Assembly: GCF_009914755.1 (NCBI RefSeq)
Contig: NC_060928.1
Source of the DNA: the human T2T-CHM13v2.0 reference genome, Homo sapiens
Strand: one strand, 5' to 3'
Length of the DNA: 64,000 nucleotides
A program made the position numbers and the translations under genes. Shown piece by piece: positions 50,976 through 64,000 of the stretch (positions are counted from its first letter, which is position 1; every line of letters starts with the position of its first letter). The notes under the pieces are model-generated. The model saw only the letters and a list, made by a program, of their open reading frames with translations. It had not been told where the DNA came from and made no database searches.

Positions 50976-53900
50976 CATAATGTGAATACATTTTTAATTT
51001 GTGGACCCTCAATGAGTCCTCTTAGTTTCTGCCAAGTTTCTTTCCCAGCTAGCAACGAAAGATTCTTAAAATAAATTACATGCCCCTTCACCACTCCTGG
51101 CCAACAGTCCAGAATCAGAACAACAGTACCGCATTCAGAAAAAATTATAGGAAACAGAGAAAGATGGGGAACTGGGGAGAGAAAAAGAAGGGACAACGAG
51201 AGGGCCCAGACTTCTGAGTATTGTCATTTTGAACTCCACACCTGCTGAAAAGAGATTTTTTTAAATGCTCCTGTCCATCAGTGTAAGAGACTGACAGTAA
51301 TTCCAGAATTTTCTCTGGCTCTCACCAACCCTCTTCGCCCAGACAGTAGTTGTTTGGATGGGTAAGGAGTCAAGAACTCTACAGAAGCATCATAGTACTG
51401 CATTGGATTTTAAACTAAAGGTAAACATATTACTCAGTGACCTACTTTAACAGCATACTTGTAAATAAATAAGGAAAATATATGCAAGTACAATCCTCTC
51501 ACTTCTCTGTTTACCCTTGTGGAAATCATACACCTAGGAGAATGATTTCAATCACTGGACTCTCCCACCTTGCTTCTGTAAACTGTGAGTGAAACATGAC
51601 AGGCAGATATGGTGTTTTCATAAAATTTGTTTTTATTTCTAAGCATGAGTTACTCTAATATGACTGTGACTGCTTTCACTTACAACACATTAAATGACAT
51701 CCCCTCACCTTATGTATGTGTGAGGACTATAGAGTGATAAGATTGAAAAATCACACAGTAAAATTAATCTCTTCACTTCATTGCCACCATACAGATAGGG
51801 CTTTCCATTCACCTTTCTTGTTTTCTAAAAATAAATACATAACTGAGAACAAATCTAACTTTTTCATCCATTATGATTTATCAGTCATTATCATATCATT
51901 TCTTGCTTCATGTGCTGCTTACTGGCCTGTGCTGAAAATAAAAATACTTAAGAGAAGTGGGATTGATACACAAAAGAGTAATGATGATAATATGGGAGGG
52001 GGAATATAAAGAATCCTAAAAATGATAAAAAATCAGTACTTAATCTTTTTTTAAATAAAGAAGGGGCTCAAATTCTCCCTCTTTTGCTGTAGAAAAATTA
52101 TTTATAGATCTGGTACAAGGAGGCAGGTTCTAGGCAAGGAACCACTGTCAGCTCTGTCGCTCTTGAGGCAAATGCAAGGTCTCCTGATTAGTAATGAGTG
52201 AAGATGCTGGCCCTCCTTCAATTGTCCATGTGTCCTAGAAGTGTGTATCCATTTTTTGACATTATTGCTATTTGAATGCCCATAAGAAACCCGTGGACTT
52301 ATGAATATGCAAGAAGAGCTTCAACCTCACTGGTTTGTACATTTAAGAATTATTCTACTATATCCTCCTTTATTCTTTCTTTACTATTACTATTTTTAAA
52401 AAATCAAAATATCAAGTATCTATGTTTAATGCAGTATGACATGCTAGGTATGCAAAAATCTACACAAATCCACATGTATGTATTCTCAGTTTATAATTTA
52501 AAACAACACTGTCCTGTAACAAAATTTTGGAGTCAGTGTTAGAAGTGTTTTTTATTAACTGCAAACAGCAAATTGCCCAGCAGCCAGGGGAATGAGTCAG
52601 CAGCATTTTAATAATTTTATTTACTCTGAGAAAACAAAATAACAGGTTTTCATTGAATAAATATCATTTTATGTTTATTCAATGACAAAAATAAATTGGG
52701 AGAAATTGTTTTTCAAAAATTCCAGAATTATTTAATCTATCTTTGAAACTAGAGTTCTTTCTTACAATAGAGTTTGGGACTCATTTTTAAAGTACTGAGG
52801 AACTAATCCTTGATATGTTTAAGCAATAAATTTCCTTTGGTCCCTATTTTAGTCATTTCCTACATCCCATGAACAGGAAATGGGAGGAGTGGCTGTTTCC
52901 CATTTATCTAATCTATCTCTATCCTTGGAGACTAAGGTTAAATTCAACTCCTTTCTTGCCCATGGGCTGACAGGCGGGAATCATTCAGAGATAGCAACCA
53001 CCCACTTAATTTTTGTGTGTGAGACATTATCCTCTCTAGATAGCAATGATAAAGGGCTAGAGGGAAAAAATCTGTGTCACCAATTCAAACATACCTGAAA
53101 TTTCTCTAACTGAGCAAAGAGAAACTATAAATAGGTTCGAAGTGTATCATGCAAATATGAATTTTTTCTATCATGATTATCTTCTTTTCTATGGTAAAAT
53201 TTACATTAAATGTTTAATAATAGTGTAATAGGAATAATCTCCTTTCCTTCAAGTATGAAGATGACATTATCAACTTTGCAACATTGGGCCTGTAATTTGA
53301 ATTATTGTCTATGTAATGAGGCAATTTGGAAATTTTCTATTCATTATAATATAAAAAGGATACATAAAAAATAATACTCAGCTTAAGATACAAACATCTG
53401 TCATGGAGGGTGGAAAGAAACTTGTACACTAAGCGTTTACATTTCTTATAGGGGTAAGGTACAAATAAAATAATAAGGATTAACGGCTTAACTATTTCCA
53501 GGGCCAAAAGACTTGAGAAAGCTTTGCTGCATTTGCATTGGTCTGTGGATGGCTAGGCTTTTCACTCTGTAAATGAGAAAAAGCAATTTTCACTTTTCTC
53601 ACCAGTTTCATGCCATCATCTCATTCCAGAAGAATTGCCTCTTGGGGAAACTAGTGATTAACTTGGGATTCTGGGAATTTGCTTTACTAGATTGTAGAAA
53701 TCATGTAACTTCAATATTTGTCTCAGGATCTATACAAAAAGAATAAGAAATTAGAAACAAATAAAGAGCTGGGATTATAATGGTGGTTTAAAAAAATGCT
53801 GTTACAGACAAATCCTTCAGTTTTAAAAACCTTGTTAAGAGTTCTCTTGCATTCCCTACTTGCTTAAAAAGTAATTGCTGCCCATATTCTCTCATGTTTG

Positions 53901-55708
53901 AGTTCTAGAAGTAAACTTTAAAATATTACTTAATACTTATATGTTACTTTGAAACTAACATGACTACAAACAGCACCCCAACTCCCAAATTGAAATGCCT
54001 AAGGAACCTGCAGTTAATCAATCTGTGACCTTTTGGATACACTGTGACCTTGGGATGTCATCTGATCCTTTGTTCTCTATCTTCTGCTTTTGATGAAGGC
54101 AGAGCGGCCATGTGTCTGCAAAGTTATTTATTAGAGACAAGAGGAATGCATATCAGGATATATTCATAAACTTTTTTGATCTCTTTGGAAGATGACACAA
54201 ATAGAAATATCATTAAATTTGCATTTATAATCAAAATCCAAAAGGATTTGGAAGATGATTACTTTATAAGCAAATGTAAAAAGAAAAGACAACTAAGAAA
54301 TGCTTGCAAAAGTAAAGCATTCCCTGATGAAGTACTCTGAGGTTGAATGTCATTCATATTTTAATTAAAGAACCAAACATGTCTTCTGAAATTCAACTGC
54401 CTAAGCTAGGTTTTACTTCATGAAAAGATTATAGGACACTTGGCAATTAGAGGTTGTGGGTAAAGGGAAGTCAAGTCTGATTTCCTTTCCTGCCTCTGTG
54501 ATGACAAGTCTTTTCCTTGGAGAGTCAGCTTGTCTTCACAAAGAAAAGACTCTACCTGGTAAGATCTTTTGATAGTTGGAATGGTTCTTTAATGCCCTAA
54601 ATCTCCAGCCAGAAGATCTCACCAACATCCCATTAGTAGGTTGGTGAGCACTGATCCCATATGCTCTATTTTCTTTTACAATTAAATATAATTTCTCTTT
54701 TACATATGAGTATTTAATGATGATTGTTATATATTATTTGTCACTATCTTTTAATTAATCATCTAATTACTTTCACTGTGAAGAGGCATTCACAATCTTC
54801 TGATCTTAATTTGGTTTCACAAACAAACGTTTCAACCAGAGAGAATGCATAATACAATAACATAAATGTGGCTGTTGTATTCTTCCTTATAAGTTGGAAA
54901 GATTTGCCAGCCTGCTTATCAATAAATAAGATTTGTTACCAAGGTTGGGGTGGACCTGAGACTGCAGGTGATTGTAAAGGACTCAGTTCCCAGGGTTGAC
55001 AGTCCTGAAGGAAAGAAACCAAATGGGCCATTACAGAGATATGAATTATTTTCTTTCATTCTTGTTTCTAAACCCAAACTAGCAGGCCTAACAAATCAAA
55101 CTGGCAGCAATAACTAGAAGCAAAGTATTAAGAAAAATAAAACATCTGCCATGTTACATGTCACAAAATGGCACGCAGTGGCAGGATTGCAGTCAGGTGA
55201 GGTCCTGGAGAGAGCACAGTGCCACTGTGTAGCAGCAGCTTGGCTACTTCTCCTATTCATATTGTGAAACATTAACTTTTTCTTTGTAAAAAGAGAAGTT
55301 TGGACACATCAATTTTTCTTTGGAAATGTCAGCTTCCCTTCGCCATTTCCCAATCTCATGTCTTGTGGTTGGTTCCCTGATATGCTTGCAGCTTATCACT
55401 CTTTTAATCTGTGAACCTTAGGATACCTGGCTAGCAGTGCACACTGTATAGCATGTGACTACTGTTCTTAAGGCTGGAATTATAGTAATGTCTTTATTGA
55501 CTTTTTGCCCCTTGGGCAGAGTAATGTATGAGAATCCGAACTCAATTATTGTCTTTCTGGGAGAGAAAAAAATGTAAGAAAAGAGGACTACACAAAATTT
55601 AAAAGAATGTTCCAAGAACAAAAATAGTCAAACATGTCACACGTCCATAGCTTATTTTGCATCTAACATGAAAAGTATGGCTTTGCATAGAAAGTAAATC
55701 CAAGATTG

Positions 55709-55801
55709 AATGAAAATTAGAAGACCTAGCTTGTAATCTTTGCATCTGCCACTATTTAAATGAAAATTAGAAGGCTTATCTTGTAATCTCAGCATTTGCC
55801 A
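55709..55801. repeat. 50-bp tandem duplication
   Basis: aatgaaaattagaagacctagcttgtaatctttgcatctgcca / aatgaaaattagaaggcttatcttgtaatctcagcatttgcca. Confidence 0.85.
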
Positions 55802-55862
55802 GTATCTGAATAAGTGACCCAGTGACCCAGGAAAAAGCATCCTTTCTGCATCTAAACTTGTA

Positions 55863-56160
<298 letters not shown>

Positions 56161-57969
56161 CTAAACTTGTATATTTCTAAAAGCCAAGCCTGAAGTTTAG
56201 TTCTTGGATAATATGCCAAGTCAAGACTTATTTTAAATACATATTCTATATGTAAGATAACATGATAGTATGTTAATATGTACATTAAGATATTCCTCGG
56301 CTCTGTCACAATTCCTAGTCCCTCTTTCACTTGGTACATTCGTCTTTTATTTAGGAGAAATCAAAAGCCACAATTTGAAAACTTTAGGATAGAGTTCAGT
56401 ATGTGATTCAGCTTCTATTATTGATGTAAATACACATCTATACTGTTTTCTGCTCTTTAAAACTCCAAAAATGTCCATAGAACTTAGTGGGGAAAAATTA
56501 ACAATAACCCCCTTTGCCCTCACAAAATGTAGTCATTAAGTGAGGCACAGTCTTTTATGGATAAGTAAGGAGCTCATTCAGCAGTTCCCTAGCTGAGAAG
56601 TTTTTGCTTTAAAGTTCCACATAGAAAATGTGATGTGGTGACTGAACAAAGGCAGATGAATGCAGTGTGAGCCAACACTGGGTTTTACAACATTAAAAAA
56701 AATTAGCTTTACCAATTAGTGCATTTGAACTAGGTCCACATACACTGAGTTTTCACTAATATTGTTGAATGTTCTGAAAACAATATTTACTTTGTAAAGA
56801 AGTTATAAAACTGCAGAGAGGCTGTAGGTAGTCACATTTTTATCCATTTATCAATTTTCTTGTATTTAATATTTTTGATGCATGCGTAAAAATTTGTGAC
56901 AGTTAGGTTTTCCTTTGGAACTAGCTATAATACAGAAATGTCAGTTGACTCTTCATCCTTGGTCTGTAAATAAAAATTCTGAGGAAAGAAAAAGTTATCT
57001 CCTCCACCTCACAGAATCTGCAGGAATTATAAAAGCCTCTCAGGAAATCTTGATTGTTTTTCTCTCCTTTATACTTATTTCTCTTGAAAATAGAAGGTCC
57101 AGGACATGGTTGAAGTGAGTGACTATGTGGAACAGGACATGGGTAGTTTGTGTGGGATCCAGACAAAGCTAGGGTCATTAAAGCCATGTCAGTTTCATTG
57201 TTTTTAACTGGAAGACAGAAGTTCAGAGGGTATTTCTAATTCACTCCCGTTTCCAAGTGAATTCAACCTGATTGCTGTATTTGCAGAAATGTTAAATATC
57301 TGATTTTAATCCCAAATAAATCATAAATTCCAGAGTGAATACTCCCACAGCAACCTTAGCTCTGCTCTCCCATGCATAAGGATTATTCTAGGCACAGGGT
57401 CTTTCATTACAGGGTTATGAAATACAGCATCTCAGTCACTCTGAAAATACTCAGTTACAATGGCAGCCATTTTGAATCTCTATATCTGACTTTAATTGTA
57501 CACTTTCTTCTATTTGAAAGACAAAAAAATAAGTATCATAAGTTTATTTTCAACACGCATAAAGACTTTTCAACTTAAAGATTTTTTCTCTTTCCTCTTC
57601 TTTCTTCTCTATAAATGTAGCCTTTACATGTTTTGGGATAAGATTCCAATTTAAATATAATTAAATTAAGCCAAATAAGGACAGAAAATATTTTCTCATT
57701 AATTTCTCATTTGTAAATGATTTGAATTGAGAACATACTCAAGAATAGTAAAAAACATAAGAGAGATAATCAGTTTCTAAGTGTATCAATAAAGACTGAA
57801 TCATCATTTATAGAAAAAGTATTAGAAAAATAATTACAAAAGATTCTGATTTCACTTATATTTTCATCTTCATCATTTCTCTCTGAGACAGAACAAAGGT
57901 AGCCTTAATTCAATGAAAGTGATTTATACTCATATCTTAGGCATACTTGTTATTCCATACTTCACCCAA

Positions 57970-58470
57970 CTTTAGTGTGGTGTAACTGGTATGCCATTTG
58001 GAGGCAGCAGATCTGAGTAGGACTTCCAGTTAAACTCCTTGATAGTTGCTTATACGTAACCTCTTTCTAACTCAGTGTTTTCATCTGTAAAATGGAATGA
58101 TGCACTCTTAGTGCTTTGACAAAGGATTTTTGAAATAACAAAAGCATTGAACGCAAGCTTGCATGTAGTAAACATTTAATACATATTATTTTCATTTACC
58201 CTTTCCTCTCATGTACGTGTGGTACAATTTTCATCCAAACAATATGTTTGTTTGAGGAAACTACTATAGGCTTTAGAACCATAGATTGATTAAAGTTGCA
58301 GCTATACCCTCTCTTTCATAAATTTGTAATCTCCAAATCTTAATTTTTGCATTTGTGAAATGAGAATAGAAATATCTACCTTATAGAATTTTCAGTGATC
58401 CACTGTGTAAAGTACGTAGCATAGTCCCTGTCACTTGATAGAGCACCAGTGAATGGTCACTGACACATTT
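57970..58470 (+). mobile_element. Two MIR fragments
   Basis: ctcagtgttttcatctgtaaaatggaatgat (~58070) and tttgcatttgtgaaatgagaatagaaatatctaccttatag...gtaaagtacgtagcatagtccctg (~58350). Confidence 0.7.
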
Positions 58471-59384
58471 TACTGTCTTAATTTTGTTTTAAAGAAGACA
58501 AAGTCAGTATTATCCAAAGCCATGCTAGAAAGAGATTAGTCATGAATGGAGTGTGAGAAATAAAAACAAGCAGATTAGAAATTCAAAAATTGTGATGAAA
58601 GTATGTAAATATAATTTTTGATGATAAATGATTGTCATTCATAATGAAAATAGGAACTTTTTCCTAATTTAATAAGATTCTATACTAATTGGAATGTAAA
58701 ATACATCACATTGCTTTCCGTCACTTGATTTTTCTGTTTTTGAAACAAAAATACACATCATATGCATTCTATTCCTCATTTGTTATTTCTTACTTGAGGG
58801 AAATAATTTTTTTCTCTTCAGACCAACTACAAATATGGCAGTGTTTCATAAGAAATTAAAAGTACATAAGGATTTTTGTCTTTATTTATATGAGACTTTA
58901 ACTTTGACAGCTAGTTTGCAACCTTTTTTTAAATCAGACCAGTTACATATACCTTAAATAGAAATTACATTCTTTTATTTCCTTTTCTCTTGAAGTTTTA
59001 TGGTAAATCAATTTGACTGTTACATATATATAAGGCAAATAAATCAATAAATTATCCTTATTAATTTGGTATACTTAAAAGTTCTACCAAATGCTTAGAG
59101 TGAAATGAAAATTTATTTATTCTAATCTGCCTTCTGGCAACACACATAAGAATGCTCCTTAAAGCCAGCCCAAGGTAGCTGGTTTCAATATTAGAAAAAA
59201 AGTAATAGCCAGGAAACACAGAATTAGAACCAAAATGCCATGCCAAGTTGGACCTCTAGGCTATGGTCTATTTGGATCTCACTGGCTGGAGGAAAGGAGC
59301 TTCGTCAGATGTTTCTATAAGACTTCAAGGTTAAAGTCACTGGTGACACCTTGATGTTAGAGTTTAGAAAAACATCAGTCCGCA

Positions 59385-60365
59385 GCACAATTCATTCTAT
59401 TTATTAAACTTAATAAATATTTCTATCTGCCTTCAGTTTAAACATAAATATTTATTGAGTTTCTTCTCTGGACCAGACATTCTTCTAGGTTTGAGTTAGC
59501 AATGAACATAACAGAAAAATATGCGTATATTCATAGAGCTTATATTCCAATAGCAGGAGGCAGATAATACATAAATAAATAAACTGTATGATAATATCTG
59601 TTGATAAGAATGGAGAAAATAAATTACAGGGGAGTTCATGGACTGTTAGTGTTAGGGAGTGTTCTAATTTCATATAGAGTGTCCAAAGAAAGCCTCACTG
59701 AGAAAGTATCATTTTATCGAATGCCCAGAGGAGGGGAAGAGCAGAGCAGAGCTGCGTGGATATCTGGATGCTGGATGCCATGAAAGTGTTTCCACAATAT
59801 ATTCGCAGCAATCCCCAGTATGTTTGAAGGCCCTGAGTGGAAGCAAGTCCTACATTCAAAGCTCAATAAGGAAGGCAGGATTGTGGGAGCAGAGCAACAG
59901 AAAGGCAAAGTGGTGATAAGATAGAGAAATAATGTCAGTTAGTGATTCTGGGCCATTGTAGGGATTCTGGCTTTTATTTAGAGTGAGATGAAGAGCCACT
60001 ACAGGGTTTTCAGCAGAAGAGTGTCACAACCTGACTTGTATTTTAAAACAATTCATCGGTCTTCTGGGGTCATCTGACTTCTGGGGAACTGTGAGTCTTG
60101 TATTTCATTATCATTGCTATTTCATTTCTATTCCTTCTTTTGAATAGTGAGTTGGTTGGGAGGAAGGACTTGAATTAGCTCCACACTGAGTATAAATTCA
60201 ATGCTTCCACTGGATTTCCAGAGCTCAGTGTTGTAGAAATGACTACACAGAGAGCGAGTAGGAGACTATTTCAAGTGGCTCAGGAGAGATCAAGATGGCT
60301 GGGGTCAGGAATGAAGTGGGAAAGGTGGTGATATGGTTTGGATATATTTTGAAAATAAAGTCCCA
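59385..60365 (-). mobile_element. L2 fragment interrupted at ~60060-60233 by an inverted insertion
   Basis: aaatatttattgag..., gaaagcctcactgagaaag, gggccattgtagggattctggcttttatttagagtgagatgaagagccact...; L2-like sequence resumes after 60233 (gatatggtttggatatattttgaaaataaag). Confidence 0.8.
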
Positions 60366-60887
60366 AGCACATTCTTTCTCAATATCTTATGTCAGCAACT
60401 TTATAGAAACTTCACACTCTAAGGAAGTAGAGTTTCCTGGAAAATCTTTATTACTTAATTAAGTAGGGAAAAATACTTTCAAGTGGTCTCCTGAGTCCCT
60501 TCTCATTTCACCATCCTTAGCCCTACTGGAATGCCAGGATTCAGCAACTCTTCTGGGTGAGTAGGTGACCAAAAACAATGATCTCTGGTTCCATATTCAT
60601 TTAGGAATGTTGTACTTGGCACAATGGATTTCCAGTGGCTAAAGGCTTATTTCCTTAGGTCAACATACCATCTGGCAGTTAACAAAGACTTTCTTGATAA
60701 GCCTTAAGATATAGGACAAGCCAGAGCAACACTGAGCTCTGGAAATCCAGTGGAAGTGTTGAATTTATACTCAGTGTGGAGCTAATGCAATCCCCTCCTC
60801 CCAACCAACTCACTATTCAAAAGAAGGAATAGAAATAAAATAGCAATGACAAAGAAATACAAGACCTACAGTTTCCCAGAAGTCAGA
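60073..60887. repeat. 161-bp inverted repeat (arms 60073-60233 and 60727-60887), 493-bp spacer
   Basis: Manual reverse-complement alignment is ungapped, with ~12 mismatches in 161 bp (~92%). Confidence 0.95.
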
Positions 60888-61509
60888 ATCACAGAACTTT
60901 CTGTTCAAGTACTTCTACAAAAATTAACTTTGCTTGCTAGCAAGAGAAGTTAGGACTTAATACCAAAGAATAAATCTTTATGTGACCTCAGTGATATAAT
61001 TGCTTTTTCCATTAATGTCTCATGTCAAGTCTGAGATTTCAATAATACTTCATTATGTTTATGTATTCATACCTTGCATCTCCATCCTGATTTTAAATCC
61101 CTTCAGAGGAAGTACTGTACCTTGGGATGCTTTTACTCAACAGGTATTCCACAAACATGTGTTAACCTAACACATATTTTACACAATTTCTCTGGTTTCT
61201 CAGAGGATATTTTGAAGTCAAATATGACAGTGCATACTTTAGAATATTCTGAGACAGCAAAACACAGGTATTTATCATCATGATCAGTGCTATGTTCAAG
61301 ATCACATCATAAGCGTGAGAACCTTCATTTTCAAGCAGTGTCCATTGTCACCGAATGTTGAAGCCAGTGCAAAATGAAGCCACACTCCACACTGACAATG
61401 TTAGGCACAAGTGATGTAAAGATAACAAAAAAAATCAACCGTGGGTCAAACATTGTGCTCATCATGTCAGATGCATTAACCCACTTAATATCAGAGTTTC
61501 TAATAATAT

Positions 61510-61685
61510 AACTAACATCATCCATTTTTACTATGTGCAAACATGTTTTTAAGTGTTTTACAAGTATAAAGAAGTCTTTCCCCAGTTTTATAAATGAGGA
61601 ACAAAGAATTTGACATTAAGAACCTAAGCAAAGATTTCTATCCAGGTCATTCTGGTGCTAAAGTGTATGTTCTTAACCAGCACAC
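61510..61685 (-). mobile_element. MIR fragment
   Basis: aagtgttttacaagtata...cccagttttataaatgaggaaca...gttcttaaccagcacac. Confidence 0.6.
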
Positions 61686-63639
61686 AATGAACTTAGATAA
61701 CAACATAAATATAACTAAACATGTGTGTTTGTGTGTGTAGATGGATTTATAGACACTTTTCTATTGTTCCATTTAAATGGTCTTGCTGCATGTTGTCTGT
61801 GTCCCTTAATATATCACAACCAGAACATACACATTGCTCTATTCTCTAACAGCAGTAGCATTACAAATTTTTCTGTTTAGTACTTACGGATATGTAAAGA
61901 AAATGGTTTAGGTTTTGCAGCAAGGTTATTTTGCTTATTATGTTGCCACAAAAAGCATCCAAATATAGCATGGGATTTCTAGAATGATATGAAGAATCTC
62001 TTTAAGCAAAATAATGTGACTGGTGTTTTTTTTTTTTTCATTCTCCCACACATAACGTATATGCTGTAGTTTCCAAACTCTCAGCTTGAAGTTAATACGC
62101 CCCACTTTAGAGCATATTTTATGTAGATATAATTTCCATTAATAACATATGATGGTTTATCAATATTATAATTATAATGATATGTTTGTAAGCCACATAT
62201 TAATAATATAATTATGATAATATAATTATTTGTGTTGTTTTTATTTTCTTTTTATTAAATAAAATTCTTAATCATGGGTCAGTTCCTTTTATCTGTGGAG
62301 TTTTGGCCAACAACATGAAATAAACTTACAGATGAGCTATGAAGGGGATATTGCATTATTTTAGAGTGAGTAAGTATATACATATATAATTATGTCAATA
62401 AAGCTATGGATTCGAAGGAAATAATACTTGCTGTTGGGAAAAATACTTTTTGACTATGTAGATCTCTAAAATTCTTTAATAGAATGAATGCCCACAGTAC
62501 AAGTGATGCAACATTTTCTGGTTTGGAATAATAAAGGAGAATATTAAACATGGTCCTGTTGAATTTCTTACCCTTAATTACAAATGCCTAATCAATTATT
62601 GGCTATATATTAAATTTCTACCTGTCTAATAAAATTACATCTTATTTTTTGGGCTCATTTCTTTTGATGTATTCTTAAGAAAGTGGATATGTTGGAACAT
62701 AAAAACAGCCTCAAAACCCATAAACAACTGTGTGTAACGTCCTTGGGAAAGGTTTGTTGTTTAATTTGTTTTGAAGGAAGTAATTGATTTTCCTGGCAGA
62801 TCTGATAAAAATAACAGAGCTTTGATTGTCTAATCTAGAGGTCATGTCCTCCTCAGGAATCATCAGTGCATAACTCCAATTTAAGTGAATTCAAGTTCTC
62901 CTGGGACTATATTTCGATATGACTACAATATGCTACCATGAAGCTCCACTACCATAAAGTTACTCACAGAGCATAAACCAGCAATGCATATGTGTGTGTT
63001 TATGTATACATTTGTGTGTGCATATATACATATATAGATCACACAAAACAAGAAATTTCCTCTAGAAAGAATAAGTCAAATAGCAAGACAGGCATTACGA
63101 ATACTTCTTTAGTGACTTTCTATTAGTTCTGTGTGCTTCCATCCTAACCAGCTTCATTAATCCTCATGAAATTTTGCAAACTTTGATCAATAGTTTTCTT
63201 TTTAGGACATACCATATATGAAGATAGAATTTGAAAGCAAATTAATAATGCAAATAAGACTGTAAACTTACTTTTAACAAATTTTAAAATGAAATACAAT
63301 TAATTCACAGGTTTCATATATTGCAAAATTATTTCAATATATTAGAGGAAGTCTAAAAGGACTTTTAATCTGCAGCAGTTCTTAGCAATAGGTGGACTGG
63401 AAAATAATGGGAAATGAATTTATTCAAAATATTTTCCACAATTTACTTTCTAAATTAAATAGTTTATATTGTCACTTCCATTTATCCAAATTAATATAAT
63501 TTAGGAACTGATAAATTAAATAGATAATGTAGGCCTAGGAAACATTGATTCAGTAAAGCTTGTGAAATAAATATCTTTAATATCCACAATATCCTTGTCA
63601 AACGCCAGGACAAATTCAAAGGAATAAACTTGTATCGAC

Positions 63640-63815
63640 TTAGTGCTGGTCACATGATATTGTGAGCATTGCATCCAGTTCTGAGCACTATATTTGAAGA
63701 TGCACACTCTCAAATCAAAGTCATTTAAAGGAGATCAAGTGGAATGGTGAGAAATCTGGAAAGCACATCAGACTGTAGATGGCATGGTGAAACATTTGAG
63801 GATGTAGACTCTGCT
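63640..63815 (+). mobile_element. L3/CR1 LINE fragment
   Basis: ctggtcacatgatattgtgagcattgcatccagttctgagcactatatttgaag...gaatggtgagaaatctggaaagc resembles the CR1 LVRPHLEYCVQFWAP region. Confidence 0.65.
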
Positions 63816-63829
63816 GCAGGAAATAATGG

Positions 63830-64000
63830 AGTTTAAAACCAAGTTCCATCACTGATTAGCGCTTGACCCTTGCAAGCTCTTCAATTCCTGTGACCATTAC
63901 TTGGGTGTTCCTCTGTAAAATTATGCTCTTCATAAATATTCATAGGTGTTCTGTGATAGTTAAGGAAATGCACATAATAAAATTAGGAAGGTATTTAATA
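63830..64000 (+). mobile_element. MIR fragment
   Basis: ccatcactgattagcgcttgacccttgcaag...ctctgtaaaatt...cataggtgttctgtgatagttaaggaaatg. Confidence 0.5.

Overview
This is AT-rich, repeat-dense primate genomic DNA (human or another ape, judged from the AluY and CpG-rich LTR12C content), intergenic or intronic. No credible protein-coding gene is present: the ORF-track entries are L1, Alu or ERV debris or chance ORFs. Main content: (1) a solo LTR12C with a 4-bp TSD (10929-12556, minus), followed on the same strand by consensus splice sites that outline candidate lncRNA exons; (2) a complete MLT1 LTR-int-LTR MaLR; (3) an ERV1-class element ending in a poly(A) tail at its R boundary, which looks like an L1-retroposed ERV mRNA and carries an env TM remnant; (4) a decayed HERV-L/MLT2 provirus with nested THE1, MLT2, near-full-length L1MA and Alu insertions; (5) many Alus, L1s, L2s, MIRs, an L3 fragment and a half MADE1. 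Structure not explained by repeats includes a 161-bp, ~92% identical inverted duplication (60073-60233 / 60727-60887), an orphan ~183-bp insertion inside an L1, a fold-back micro-insertion, and an AT-rich array containing a perfect 56-bp palindrome. Subfamily names are from recall of consensus sequences and need RepeatMasker/Dfam confirmation. Boundaries of old repeats are approximate.
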